Of a stretch of 64,000 nt of DNA, positions 24,857 through 37,648 are shown in pieces. The stretch covers positions 116,250,001-116,314,000 of the forward strand of contig NW_026262712.1 in the NCBI RefSeq assembly GCF_021869535.1, in the 5' to 3' direction. The stretch is from Mytilus californianus. Its lineage: Eukaryota. Every line of letters begins with the position of its first letter. The first letter of the stretch is position 1. Under the pieces are notes generated by a model, which made no database searches, was not told the DNA's origin, and saw only the letters and a list, made by a program, of their open reading frames with translations. The translations under genes and the position numbers were made by a program.

Positions 24857-26070
24857 GTATGAATTATAAGATAGTATATTTTTAGTTATTATATCATGTC
24901 TGAGTACGTTAAGACAAATATAATAGCAAACACATCATAATCACCAAGAACAGGGAAACATGATTCACTGCATCTATCCATTAACCTGTCATGGTGACTT
25001 TTGAACTTTTGCAATAATAATGGCAGTTGCCATATTTTACCTCAATAATCTTTAGTTTGAAGTTCCCCTTTGCTAGTGAGGTCACTATATTAAGTAAATG
25101 CTCTGCGATTTCATTTCAAATGTAATGTGTGACGATACAGGGGCGGTTAGTTATCATGCAGCCATTATGGGACAATTGCATAAATCATATGTCCCATTTT
25201 CACTTGAAATTCCTACTTTTTGTTGTTCCTATTAATTTCTTTACTTTTCTTTGAGGTTTTTGTATTGTTTGAAATAGACTTCTGTCGTATAGTTTTTACA
25301 TTTACACAATATTGTACCGTATTATCTCTTTTACAATATCTTTACAGCATTTTTCTTGTGACTGTCATTTTAATGGAATATGTTTTTATTCAAATGTAAC
25401 TGTATATCGATTTCATTAAGCATATATATTATGTCTATTTACGTTACGTTTGGACCGACACTCTTGATGACATATAGTTGCAATGCTTGGAGGCGAAAAT
25501 AAACAAATTATAATCTCTGAAATTTTGTCTTTCTGGTTGCATCAATGATAAAATGAAATATAATAAGATACAAAAGAGAAAAAAAAAACAATCGTAAGCT
25601 TGTGAAAAAGATAACACCGCTGCAAACCAAAAAGACAAACAACAGACACCAAATACTACAAAGCAAAACTTAAAAATAAAGCAAAATGATTCCCACCAAC
25701 AACCAGGTTTTACCTCCAGTAGGCTATGCTGTTCCTGTCACACTAGCAGCACTATTAATGTCCCATCGTGTTATTTGACAAATTAATCCGGAGTTTATAA
25801 TAATTAAAGTTTTGGTTATACATACACTTTCTTTCAGGAACTTTTGATTTTGCTGTACAAAGCACAAGTTGTTTGTATTAAGAGCATAAGTATTCATTAT
25901 TGTCTGCACAATGCAGACAAGACATAAAAAAAACCACATCAAGTTTACACTTCTTACATACTATGATAACTGATAAAATTTCTAAAAGGTGTGAAATGTA
26001 CCATAGAGACACTCTGTCTACTAGATTTCAATAGAAATTAATAAAAGTCTTTTTGAAGGACAACAGATGT

Positions 26071-26071
<1 letters not shown>

Positions 26072-26103
<32 letters not shown>
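26072..26103. repeat. Poly(T)32 tract
   Basis: Direct count. Confidence 0.95.
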
Positions 26104-26105
<2 letters not shown>

Positions 26106-27362
26106 GGATTGACATATCAACAGACAGATCGTAGTACCTACACATTTGAAATCGGACTTGTATTGTACTGTACTCCTATGCAGAATTAAGTAAACAAAAT
26201 CATTCTACAGACAGATTAAAAACCGTCTAGCCAAATATCTCATTTTACATTCAGATATATCGATGACTGTTTTCCTCAATTACAGTTTTAACCTTTTCAA
26301 TTGAGCAGCTCAGTTCAAAATCCATATATATGTTATTTTGATAAAATAAGATGTTTCAAAGCTTACAAGAAACACTTAAGAAAGAATACAGTGGAATTAT
26401 TTAAAAAAAATGTAAGCATTGAAAAATTACTTGGAATTTTAATCAATGATTGTCTTTCATGGAATCAACGGATACATTAAGTACGTACTGTTATTTCAAC
26501 CAAAACAGGTTTACTAAATCGATTGAAGTATTATATTTCACAAAAAAATTATGTTTATTTGTAAATGGATATGTACTTCTTCTCTTTATAAAAATAAAGA
26601 GATGTGGTATGATTGCCAATGAGACAACTATCCATTGAAGTTCAAATGGAGTGGATGTAAGCAATTATACAATTATCAAACAAAAGCATAGACAGGATGT
26701 GGGAGGGTATTTATCCATCCCTCATACCTTACAACAAAAAGACACTAAGTACAGATCTGAGAGTACTCACAGTTACTGACAGGTAGTTCAAAGCCAACAA
26801 CAACTAATAAAAAAGCATGTATCGAAGACTAAAATATCAATCAGTACACATCCAACATCAAGATTTAGTGTAAAAACGTCATTGACAGACATAGAAAAAC
26901 ATGACCTTGTGCAATGCCAAAATATAGGTCTCGACAGATTGTAGTATCATGAAATTACATATGTGTAATATTTAGTATAGTTTTAATTTTACTGATACGA
27001 GCATAGCGAACAAGTTGGGATAAATAAACACCGTTAGAAGGTGCCAAAGAATCATTACCGTCCAAAAAAGAAAAATTAACAATATAGAAAGAAAAATAAT
27101 TAATGATTATTGATGTATAATGTGGACAGAAACATGTGTTGGTTCAAATATGGACAACAATGTTTTAACTACATAAAAAAAGGTCAGCCAGGATCATTCT
27201 TAATAAAGCTTATGCATGTGATGATACACCGTAAACAACTGTATTAAAAAAAAGTAGGATGTTTAACTTTTCAAAGAAGAATTATTTATCACTAAGGAAT
27301 GTTAAATGTTATTTTCACCATTCGCTTGCATAGTAGATGTGTTTATGTAGTTACCTTCTTTA

Positions 27363-27576
27363 NNNNNNNNNNNNNNNNNNNNNNNNNNNNNNNNNNNNNN
27401 NNNNNNNNNNNNNNNNNNNNNNNNNNNNNNNNNNNNNNNNNNNNNNNNNNNNNNNNNNNNNNNNNNNNNNNNNNNNNNNNNNNNNNNNNNNNNNNNNNNN
27501 NNNNNNNNNNNNNNNNNNNNNNNNNNNNNNNNNNNNNNNNNNNNNNNNNNNNNNNNNNNNNNNNNNNNNNNNNNNN
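27363..27576. other. Assembly gap (214 N)
   Basis: Run of n. Confidence 1.
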
Positions 27577-28362
27577 AAACATCGTTGTGATCTTGAAAAC
27601 GGTTGGCTACATAACTATATACTTTTTCTTGGAATTCATCTCGCTGGAATATGTTACATCTATTTATTATACTTCACGTCAAACTGCCAGATTTTAAATG
27701 GATAATACGAGAGTGATAATTTTCTCTATCCCATTGCTCAGCGGGAGACATATTTTTTTAATGTCACCATCCCGTGCATACCAATCAAAAATAGATAATT
27801 TAAAGGACAATAACTGAATTTATATGAATAAATTAAAGACAATGCTGTAGGTCTACGTTTTGGCTTCAGAAGAAATTTTTCAGAGACTGTCAAAAAAATT
27901 GTTTTGCCTTACATCGGTTGTTTTTCTATTAACTGTAACGTTGTTGTGTACGAGACGTCATAGTACTTTCAATTTAAAATTTAACAGTAAAAGACAATAA
28001 TGATTAAACTTTCAGTATAATATTTCAACACATAGATTGAGCAATATAAATCGCAACAAAAACCGTTGTAAGTCTCGTCAGACTAAAAAAGTGCCTGCTT
28101 CTAAAATGGCACCAGTCGCAAAAAGCGCTCGTTAAAATTGACAAATAAAACTGGTCATAAATCGAATTCGCTTCTATGTACATGTAAGACATGTCCTCAA
28201 CAAAAAATGCCACAAAAAATCATGTCCATACTTTTGCTTATAAAAAAAGGAAAATAATCAAGTAAGAGATCTATACTAGCAAGAAGCTTCATTATTTACA
28301 CATATTATAATCAGAATTGACTCTGCGTTGTAATTGATTAGTTTTGTTTTCAATATTGTTAG

Positions 28363-28605
28363 ATGACATCGGAAGTGAACAAACATTAACCTGCAAAAAT
28401 GATGTACGCGCACGAAACTGCTTATGGCAAAGACAAAGATACAACGGAGACTACTATGATCTACCAAAAAATGATTCCAAATACTTTAAACAGTACACTA
28501 CTAAAATGACAATTAAAATGTTGACCAGCAGTGATAGCGGTACATATAGGTGTAGATTATTTTGGGAATCACACAACAACCAATACAGTTTGGCAGTTAG
28601 ACTAT
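28363..28605 (+). CDS. Immunoglobulin-like domain exon: DIGSEQTLTCKNDVRARNCLWQRQRYNGDYYDLPKNDSKYFKQYTTKMTIKMLTSSDSGTYRCRLFWESHNNQYSLAVRL
   Basis: B-strand Cys, C-strand Trp, E-strand MTIKML and DSGTYRC F-strand motif. ttgttag acceptor and T|gtaagt donor; 243 nt, symmetric phase 1-1 as typical for Ig exons. Confidence 0.85.
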
Positions 28606-28782
28606 GTAAGTATTTACTCTGAATAAAGGAAACTAAATCCATAGCATGAAGAGATCTTTATTTATTGTAATACATATTTTTTATATTGATTGTGTTAACA
28701 GAAAAAAATGAAGTATGATTTACCAGGAATAATAATTTCGATGTCAGTGACTTTAATACTGGAAGCCTGCTTTCAGTGCATT

Positions 28783-28890
28783 GGCCTTTTTAACTTCTTT
28801 GAATCGAGCGTCACTGATGAGTCTTTTGTAGAAGAAGCGCGCGTCTGGCTTACAAAATTGTAATCTTGGTATCTATGACGAGTTTATTTA
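28783..28890 (+). mobile_element. Retrozyme-type repeat remnant with degenerate hammerhead (28806-28850)
   Basis: gagcgtca CTGATGA GTC ttttgta GAA GAAG cgcgc GTC tggc; stem II and GAAA are mutated. Confidence 0.75.
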
Positions 28891-29039
28891 TACATTCTTT
28901 GAAATGGTTGTATTAAGTATTTCTTTTCTTGTACCTGCATGTGTTGTGTTGGTTATACTTGTATTACTAGTTTTCAATAAACTGCTTTTGCTTAACTGCT
29001 TATTGTATATATAAAAAAGAAAACAGTAAATACACATAT

Positions 29040-29495
29040 CAATAAATATTTCGGAAAACAGATATCCTTCATCAGTTTGATGTAAATTGAATCTGATCAA
29101 TCTATTCTAATTTTACTTAAACAATACTGAACGTAATACAAATTAAAAACCGTCCATGCTTGTATAATACTAAATTTCAAAATTCTCACAAATCAAATAT
29201 TTACTACGGAACTGAGTATCTATGCATCAAAAATGAAACTAGCAAATCCAGTTGTTGTGGTTAGCCCTCGCGAATTGAACTACACCGTTTTATTGATCCA
29301 CTTTGGTGCCAACGTTTTGATTGCTTATCCAAAATCTTTCCCGCGTGATTCTCTCCTCCATTGATCAAGCAATGTTATGGTATGTCATGGTACTAGTCAG
29401 TCGATTGAGATCTGCCTTAGTGTGGCAAGAGGATCTCAAATGTCGACTGAGAGGAAGGATTGGCTAACATTCATGGTCACTACGATGACCGTTCA
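29040..29495 (-). mobile_element. 3' remnant of a Neptune-like PLE (end of GIY-YIG domain, then UTR with hammerhead core at 29044-29075)
   Basis: Minus strand reads NGHRSD..LPLSRHLRSSCH...ITRERFWIS..(fs)TLAPKWIN, homologous to NGHRSD..PVSQHF...REKFWIKTL at 49370-49560. Downstream: CTGATGA AGGA tatctgttt TCC GAAA TATT. Confidence 0.7.
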
Positions 29496-30257
29496 AACGT
29501 TTGTAAAATGGCTGTTCTGACTCACTAACACACTGTTCACCACATTATTGGCAAAAACGAAAAGGACCAAATCACAAGCAACAGTATACAAAACATAACA
29601 CAGAAAACTAAAGACTGAGCAAGTAACATTGCAAACTAGGGTGTATATTGTACCAGTGAAGTGAGCGTTAAAAGTTGTGGTATTCAGTTTTTGCTTGCAA
29701 GTCAGATATCGTTTGTTCCCGCAGCCCTTTGGAGGATAAAGCATCTCTCACCAGCAAGTCTTTAAGGCTAGAAAAGTAGGCTAGAGGAAGATCTTGGAAA
29801 GTTAAGGATGTGATATTTTTTCAAATTTAGGATAATAAATCAGCACAAACGGGACTCTTTTTGTATCTTTTTATCTTCATATTGTAAAAGTTTATTTTTG
29901 GCTGATGTTGTTAGCACGAGCGAAACTTCTATCAATGACTTTTCTTCTGTAGCTCCGATTGTTTGGGTGACCGAAGTTATTGTAATCGCCTTTCCATAGT
30001 GTCGTTGAGTGAGAATTTAATTAATTAAGCGTAAATTTGCAGATCTATATATTTTTAACATTGTTAGGCTAAATTTAAGACGAAGTATACATATATATAT
30101 ATATATATAAGTGCCTATAAATAGCATCACTTAACATACAAATCTATTTGAGTGTGGATTAATCAGTACAAAGATTAATACAATTACACAATTAAAATTA
30201 TATATTGCATAAAAGTGTAAGTTTAATACACTTTTTAGTATGTAAATATTAAAACAA

Positions 30258-30296
30258 ACGCAATATTTCGTTAGACAAACTAGCTTCATCGAGCGT
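30258..30296 (-). ncRNA. Degenerate hammerhead (GCTAG-tttgt-CTAGC family) inside a repeat shared with 52180-52405
   Basis: acgc TCGATGA AGCTAG tttgt CTAAC GAAA TATT gcgt. Confidence 0.6.
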
Positions 30297-30894
30297 GCAT
30301 CTATTCAGATGAAATCGGATGCAGATAATAAACTTTTGCGGTTCAATGTTCATTTCATTTGTTGCGTAATTAATAAATTGGATGAAGTTCAAGATTATTT
30401 TTCAACGTCCATTGACGAATATTACAGTGATATTAAGGACGATTCCACATAATAAACTTATTCTTGATCTTTCATTGACCTTTTTTCGTCTTTTTCATAT
30501 AGACCATCTTTATATATATTTATGAACGTTACTATGTTGTAACGTAGAGACAATTTGGTTTGTAACGTCGCGTCAGCAGCATTTTACTTTTAATTTCGGG
30601 TTAGCTTTAGCTGGAATTTTCGAATAAAGTATTTCTCGTTGACAGTTCGGAAAGATTTATTTTTAATACATAACTATCAAAAGACTTTTAAAAATATAGA
30701 ATAAACGGAATTTTCCCATTCCTCATCGGTCAAAATGTTTACTGCAAAATTGTCGCTACGTTACCACATACATGTGGTAACATTCATAAACTGTTTGAAG
30801 AGCCGATACGAAGGCTGAAAGTTAATACCATGTAATTATTTGTGTTATGCATTGCTGTACTAAGGAACTTTTCATTTTCGAATACATATATATA

Positions 30895-31518
30895 TGTTAC
30901 AGGCATTTTTCTAAATTTAGTCATTTTGATTAGCAAAAAAGATGAAAAACAACGTAACCTAATCATGCTAATGTTACTTTGAATCTTTTGGAAACACATG
31001 AAAAAGAAGAAATTCATGTATGTGCTGCTTGCTAATCACAATGGTTGTCAAACGTTAGGTGTTCTATCAGAAAAAAATATTGACAAAGCTTAATGTTTGG
31101 TGGTCCGGGTTTCACCAACAGTGGATGTAGTTCTAAGACTAGATCTTACGTCAACAGATGTGTTTACGAAAAATCAAAACAAATGTGCATCAGAACATTC
31201 TATTCAAACATTGTATGAAATAACAAATAATTTTTGAGTTCAGTAGAACAGTAGAATTTATTATTAACCCTCAACATTCTAAAAATGCAAGCTTAACAGT
31301 TCAATAATTATCATAGATATAACTGCTCTGTTGTTCAATAGTTTCAATTGCTCAGTTTTTGTGACATTTCATTTTATAAAATACTTTTCAGGCATTTTGT
31401 AAAGTTCCTGAAATAATTTGGCAATATATAATATGCCGGAATCTAATAGGCATTTTAGAAAATGCCATAAGCTTTCAGGCATTTTACAAAATGCTTAAAT
31501 TTAGAAAATGCTGTAACA
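30895..31518. mobile_element. 624-bp non-autonomous TIR element with TGT...ACA termini
   Basis: Left tgttacaggcatttttctaaatttagtcattttg versus reverse-complemented right tgttacagcattttctaaatttaagcattttg; TA on both flanks. Confidence 0.75.
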
Positions 31519-31653
31519 TAACATAGGTATATATATATAAAAGAGAAAAAAGAAGAAAATGCATATATATTATTGTAATAAAAATCGTTCAAATTGTTCA
31601 CATTGTTCCTACCGGTTTCAATCCTCACGGAAGATATTCATGGTAAACATATA

Positions 31654-33916
31654 TGTAACACTCCCAAACGTGTCCATCCCCCCAAATATGTCTGATACCC
31701 GAAACGTGTCTATTTTGCTCAAATGTGCCCTAAAAATCCAAAATCGCCCAAACTTGTCCTATTTGGCATCCCTCAAACGTGTCCGATAATTGTTATTTGC
31801 CAAAACGTCTCCACTTTAAAACACCAGCGCTAATATGTCAGTGACGTCTCCGGCAATTCAATGATGGGGGACACAATTGAAGACGTCGGGTTTCGGTTAG
31901 ATTCTAAAAAAAGGTAATAGTCATTTATTAGCATTAGTTTGTTCAACGCCGGTTGTTAATATTAAGCATGAATTGCAAGTTAATTTGCAACATAAAGATT
32001 AACTTTTGACTGTTGATTGCTAAATGTCCAGTGGAAAATATGTCATGCACTTAAAAATTGCACTTAGTTAGTTTTGTACAGTAAAATTCATCGTTATATA
32101 AAGACACATAAACAAGAGGAATAAATTCCAGTGGCAAATGTTTCATGCATGCCCAGGACGATAACATATTAACAATAAACCCAATAGGTAGGCTTATAAT
32201 TAGGGGGCGGGAGGTTATTTTTTCGGGACTTCGGGATTGGGCCTTTATTTTTGCGGAAAATTGGGATTAAGCCTGCATTTTTAAGGGTAATTCGGGATTT
32301 ACACTAATCGGGAATTAAATATTAGTTCTTCGGGGTCTCGGAAAGAATGCTTAATTTTTTTGGGAAATTGGGATGATATCCCTTCATACCCCCCTCACAT
32401 AATACGGGTCGTTCGAAATGCAGGTATGGAAAATTTTGACTGCCACTGGTATATTGGATAGGGACAGAAATGTTGCTTTCCAACATGCCACCGACGGACA
32501 CCACAAGTGTTGTTGAAAGGGTTCTTAACTTGCAGAGAGAGGGACACTCTCCCTACAGGAGGTATCGAATTTAATTACCACATTCTGACCGGACGTGGCT
32601 ACATATTTTTACATCCCGCACAACCAAACGGACGCCCCTCTTTGGCAAGGGTTTCACTGCCGGGTGGAAAAATACCTTAATTCCGCTCAAACCGGTGCTA
32701 GGGGCCGTCTTAAACTTACAGTGAGGTGAGAGTTTTTCTTCTTTTTTTTTTTTGGCTCCGTGTTGAAAGCCTCACTGTGACTTTGAGATGAAGAACTGAA
32801 ATACAGCAATACAAGCGCTGTTCCTTTGCTGTGCATATACAGATTGTGTGTCATGGATGGGTACCCCATATCCTTTCTTTTCTATTTAGTGACCATGTTT
32901 CTATTCTCCAGCCAACCGTGGGGGTGGGACAATAGATGAAAGAGTAAAATGAGTATACGTCAATAAAAGATAGATATAGGAAGATGTGGTATGAGTGCCA
33001 ATGAGACAACTCTCCATCCAAGTTACAATTTATAAAAGTAAACCATTATAGGTCAAGGTACGACCTTCAACACGGAGCATTGGCTCACACCGAACAGCAA
33101 GCTATAAAGGGCCCCCAAAAATTACTAGTGTAAAACCATTCAAACGGGAAAACCAACTGTCTAATCTATATAAAAACGAGAAACGAGAAACACGTATGAA
33201 CTACATAAACAGACGACAACTACTGTAATCAGATTCCTGACTTAGGATAGGTGCAAACATTTGCAGCGGGATTAAACGTTTTAATGGTACCAAACCTTCT
33301 CCCTTTTCTGTATAACATCGCAACATAGAAAAACACACTATAAAATATCAATTGGAAGGCTTAACTCAATCAAAAAACGTAAATTAACACACAATGAACG
33401 AATAAATTTGACCTGTGACACCTGAATGCAAATACACAGTTAATAAAAAATTACAAGGGATAAATAATTAAAGTCAAAAGCAAATAAACAGGTTTAAACA
33501 AAGTTAAAGTATGATATCACTGAAATGTCAAACAATTTTTAGAAAATCATCACTTTTGAAGAAACCTGCGTCATATTATACACAGGTAAATGAAAATAAT
33601 GTTGTTGTTAGTATACTTCTTCTTCTGTGTGTATAAAATCTTCCGTTTAGGAATACCAAGAAATTTCTTTAATATCAATAAAACTAATCTAACACTTGGT
33701 ACATATGGGGTGAATATCAACAATAAAACTATACAATTAGTGCTAGATAAAACTTTTAGGGGATTGGACACGTTTGGGCGGTTTGTTTTGAGTGGACACG
33801 ATTTGGCGTTCATAAAAAGGACACGCCTTGGCGCCCTTTAACAACTAGACATGTTTTGCAGTTCAGTGACGTCATATGGACACGTTTGGGAAATGAACAC
33901 GTTTCTGAGTGCTACA
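31654..33916. mobile_element. 2.26-kb non-autonomous TIR element (TGT...ACA, TATA flanks, Ginger-like) with nested insertions
   Basis: Left tgtaacactcccaaacgtgtcc versus reverse-complemented right tgtagcactcagaaacgtgttc. Multiple subterminal aaacgtgtcc / ggacacgttt motifs in inverted orientation. TATA at 31650-53 and 33917-20. Confidence 0.7.
32975..33480 (+). repeat. Long variant of the gagatgtggtatga.tgccaatgagacaac repeat, nested in the TIR element
   Basis: Homology to 63546-63684 in the first about 150 bp. Confidence 0.7.
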
Positions 33917-35115
33917 TATATACATCTCTTATATATACATGTATATATAGAAACACTCGTTTTTCTAATTCATTTTTTCTTGAGTATATTATTCTGTGCA
34001 TGAGAACATTTTTTTTCATTTATTTATACATTATATAAACAAAAGGAATAAATGTTGAACTTTATACTATTTACTAACACAATTTTTTGTTCTGATGTAT
34101 TAACCCTTTGACTGCCAATATATTGGAAAACGCTTTACCTTTGACTGCCAAGAATCGGCCCGGCGTCGTACGTTTTCAAACAGCGCCATGGCAACCTTTA
34201 CAACAATTGATAACGTCACGCTATTGTGCATGGTACCTGCATAGGATTGCTCGTTTTGATGACACCACACAGCTGTCTGCTTTGTTGATTTATCGCTCTC
34301 AAATTTATATATTTAGGCTGTAGGTTGATAAAATAATATAAAAAAATGTACTGTACTAAAAGGTGAAATATATGGGTCAAATGAAATACCTTTCTAATGA
34401 GTCATAAAAACAGAGTAGGTGTGTTCGAATAACAAAATTTTACTAAAAGTACTTGACGACAAACTTTTCTGTTGGGTCTTGAAAATGAATAACTTCAAAA
34501 AAATTTCAGTTTTTGTGTGTGTTATCTACGGTAATCATTCTTCAACCTCTGAATATTTTTAGTCTGCCCTTCCACGAAATACTCAATTAGAATTTTTTTA
34601 AATATTTTTGAACTTTCGAAAATTCCCCCTGACAACCGATCAGACAATATTTTTTTTAAAGTTGAACAAATGCATAAAAGTACATTAAATGATGCTCAAA
34701 AGCTAGTAGATACATTTGTCTTTTAAAATACAACTGGCGTATAAGGATCGTACTGATACTATGTGGATAAATTTATCGGTTTTCAAGGGCTAAATTGACA
34801 GCGCGTCATCACTACAATGGCTTCCATTTATACGATTATAAAAATTAGGTGGCGTAATGGGGAGATAATTATGACGAAGTAGAATCCTGACTGAAAGGAC
34901 ATTAAAACAAAAATGTTTTTTCGTGGTGAAATTATAAATATTAAAACATATCTGCCGCCGAAATATAATGCGAATTGTGAAAGAAGGTACATTTTTAATT
35001 TGTGTAAATGTTTAAAATCTCTCGTAAATGTGTACCACATACTGAGGCACTTTGGACAATAAAAGACACCAGACAAATGTAATTATATAATACAATATTA
35101 ACAATGTATTTCTGA

Positions 35116-36412
35116 TTAACATTCGTGCCTCTGAAGGCAAGCTGCATGTAGTCCTCTGGTACAGTGCACACAAGAGGTTCTTGATCTTTTTCTTATATTT
35201 CGCTTTCTGTCGGAACAAACGACACAATCTCGTTCTTTTCGACCGTCAAGTTTTTTCACTCTTGCTTGCCGATTCACGTTACCATGTCTGTGTGTCAAAT
35301 GAGCGGACGCTAAACTTTCTATTACAGATTGGTTGAACTGAAGTCGGGACATAACCGGTAATGAGGTGTTATGACTGTATAGAATATACGCGTTTAACAT
35401 AATGCGGTGAAATATGTGATATATAATTTTTTTCCATACTTTACTGCATTTCCTGTGATCATTATATGCGCCAATCAATTGGTCGCTAAGGTCGACACCG
35501 CCCATAAATGTATTATACGCGCCTATGATCCTAGGTTTACCGTTTAGTGTATCAATAGCATTGTAGTAAGTAGACACCAATGTGACGGGTTTTTTTCTGT
35601 TGTGGTCGCGGAAACGGCAAAGCATGATTTGTCTTTGTCTAGCGTAAACAGCATTCCCTGCCTGCGGACGTGCATTTTTTATCATCTGTGGCATAGGTCT
35701 ATTAGTTCTCATTGTGCCTGTGAGATACGTACGCTCTCTCAATAATTTGTTAGCTAAATTAAGTGAAGCAAAAAAGCTATCGGCGAAAACATGAAAGCCT
35801 TTCCCAAGAAGATGCGAATTCTTCATTAAATTTATTACTACATTTGTTCCTTGTAATGTTCCAGCAGGAGTGGGATCGAAACGTTTCCCGTGATATACAT
35901 CCATCTGTAAAACATACCCGGTGACGGACTCGACCAACATCCAGAATTTAACGCCAAACCTTGAACGTTTACTTGGTATATACTGTAACATACTTGTCTT
36001 TCCTTTTGTACCAACAAGGGATTCATCTACAGCAAGTTCTCTGCGGGGATTATAATACCGTAAAAATTTCCTGTTAACGAAATCAAGTAACGGTTTGAAC
36101 CTTTGAGATGGTTTGTAAGCTGGATCATTACGCTTAGGGAGTTTTTTGGTGTCCACTAGGTGCAAAAATTTTAAGATGTTTTGGAATCGGTTTCGACTGA
36201 ACATACAACGGAACCAGGGTGTAGACTGAGATGGACTGTGCTTATTCCAATATTCTTCAAATGATACTTTCCTAATTAAGCCCATGTTATAAAAAACGGC
36301 AAGGAATCCCTTAAACTCAGGTATGGTCAGTTTACCCTCCTTCTGCCACTGCATTTTTCTCGAAAATCGACTGGTTTGGCGAATGGTTTCATTACAAAGA
36401 TTCTTTGCATAT
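35116..36412 (-). CDS. piggyBac transposase, exon 2 (DDD core plus C-terminal cysteine-rich domain)
   Basis: Uninterrupted frame with VDESL, KYIP-like QYIPSKRSRFGVKFW, FADSFF, GTMRTNR, YNTFMGGVDLSDQ and CVVC...CVHC..GLHAACLQRH. tttttttgtag acceptor. Confidence 0.9.
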
Positions 36413-37110
36413 CTACAAAAAAAATCAAAAATAATCATATACATTTATTATATAAAGTCGTAGAATCTTTTATGTAAATATCTATTTTTTTAAGGGAACG
36501 ACCATATTACTTTGAAAATGTATATTTTTTGGTGGTGGTGATTAAGTGGGGTTATTTTTATTTTCTTCATTTGTTTTTGGATTTGGTGATTTGTTGATGT
36601 CTTCGTGCCAGTAACTTATATCCGTTCTTTTTAATGTTTTGTTTTCGTATACTGCCCGAATAACCGTTTCTTTTGAGTTACACGTGCTTTTGTGATATTT
36701 TATATCCTGTCATTGGGGCGCTTCCCCTGTATCTGAGCAAGCTGCAACGCAACCACAGAAAAACATAATGTTCATTACTCTTTATTGAGCTGAACGAACA
36801 AACAGTCGTGTTAGGCTGTCTTTCTATTATCTTGACCGGTCTACACATACCATTTCAGCAGGTGGATATAAAAGTGAAAAAGTGTTCAAAAAATTTCTAA
36901 ATTATGTTTTAGAAAGAACAATGTCATAAAATGAAACAACTTGTAATCACAAAGACTTAAATTGTATGACTTTGTTGATTATTTTATTGACTGTGTCATT
37001 AACATATCAACGGCGCGTTGGTTCTATATTGATGGTAAAAAATTGCAATATGGCTATGAAAGATACGTCTAGTAACTATAAACTAACTCAGAAAAGATTA
37101 TTTTACCAAC

Positions 37111-37295
37111 CTGTTTGTTTGTTTGACAAACTCTTTGATAAGGTCAATAGAAAACAGCAAATAAAAGTAAGCTATTGGCGCGGCATCTCTGGGCGGCATA
37201 TTAATGGGTCCAGTGGGTGCTCTATTAAACGGTGGGTCATTCATTGGCTCTGGTGGGAGAACACGGAACCATGGATTAGGTTCAATTGCAGCCAT
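37111..37295 (-). CDS. piggyBac transposase, exon 1 (MAAIEPNPW...YFYLLFS..LIKEFVKQTN-R)
   Basis: AG|gttggt donor at 37110. Splicing to 36412 gives TNR-YAK, the conserved PGBD TNxYA motif. Joined CDS is 1482 nt (493 aa). Confidence 0.8.
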
Positions 37296-37546
37296 GTTTT
37301 CTTCAGCGCTGCTCAAGGTCTATGACGTCAAGATTACGTCATTGATGCTGCACATCGGCCAAAGCAGTCAAAGGTACATTTTTAAAATCGGCGCGTTTTT
37401 TTGTTGTTGTGTGTATGAGGGATACCCCCTTTTGGCACGTGATATTCCAGGTACATGAAAAAAAGAGTATTCTGTACTCAAAGGAATGGTACACAGTATT
37501 CAGAAATTAACGTGTTGGTACTCGATACGCCGGAATCATAATTGTT

Positions 37547-37648
37547 TCTGTTTATGCCCCCACCCACCGGAGGCGGCATTAAGTGACTCTTAAGTGTTAA
37601 CTTTGACCACCCGTCCGTCCGACCTGGTTTTGGTTTCCGCGCTTAAAA
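37547..37648 (+). mobile_element. 5' module resembling a pearl/HINE element inserted in the piggyBac
   Basis: tttatgccccaccc..ggaggcggca short hairpin, ccgtccgtccg microsatellite seed, tggtttccgcgct. Confidence 0.45.

Noticed and set aside
27299-27705. ORFs of 79-132 aa in the track
   Set aside because: Artefacts of reading through the N gap.
28904-29014. Hydrophobic stretch as the transmembrane exon of the Ig gene
   Set aside because: No suitable phase-1 acceptor; T-rich DNA readily gives hydrophobic translations.
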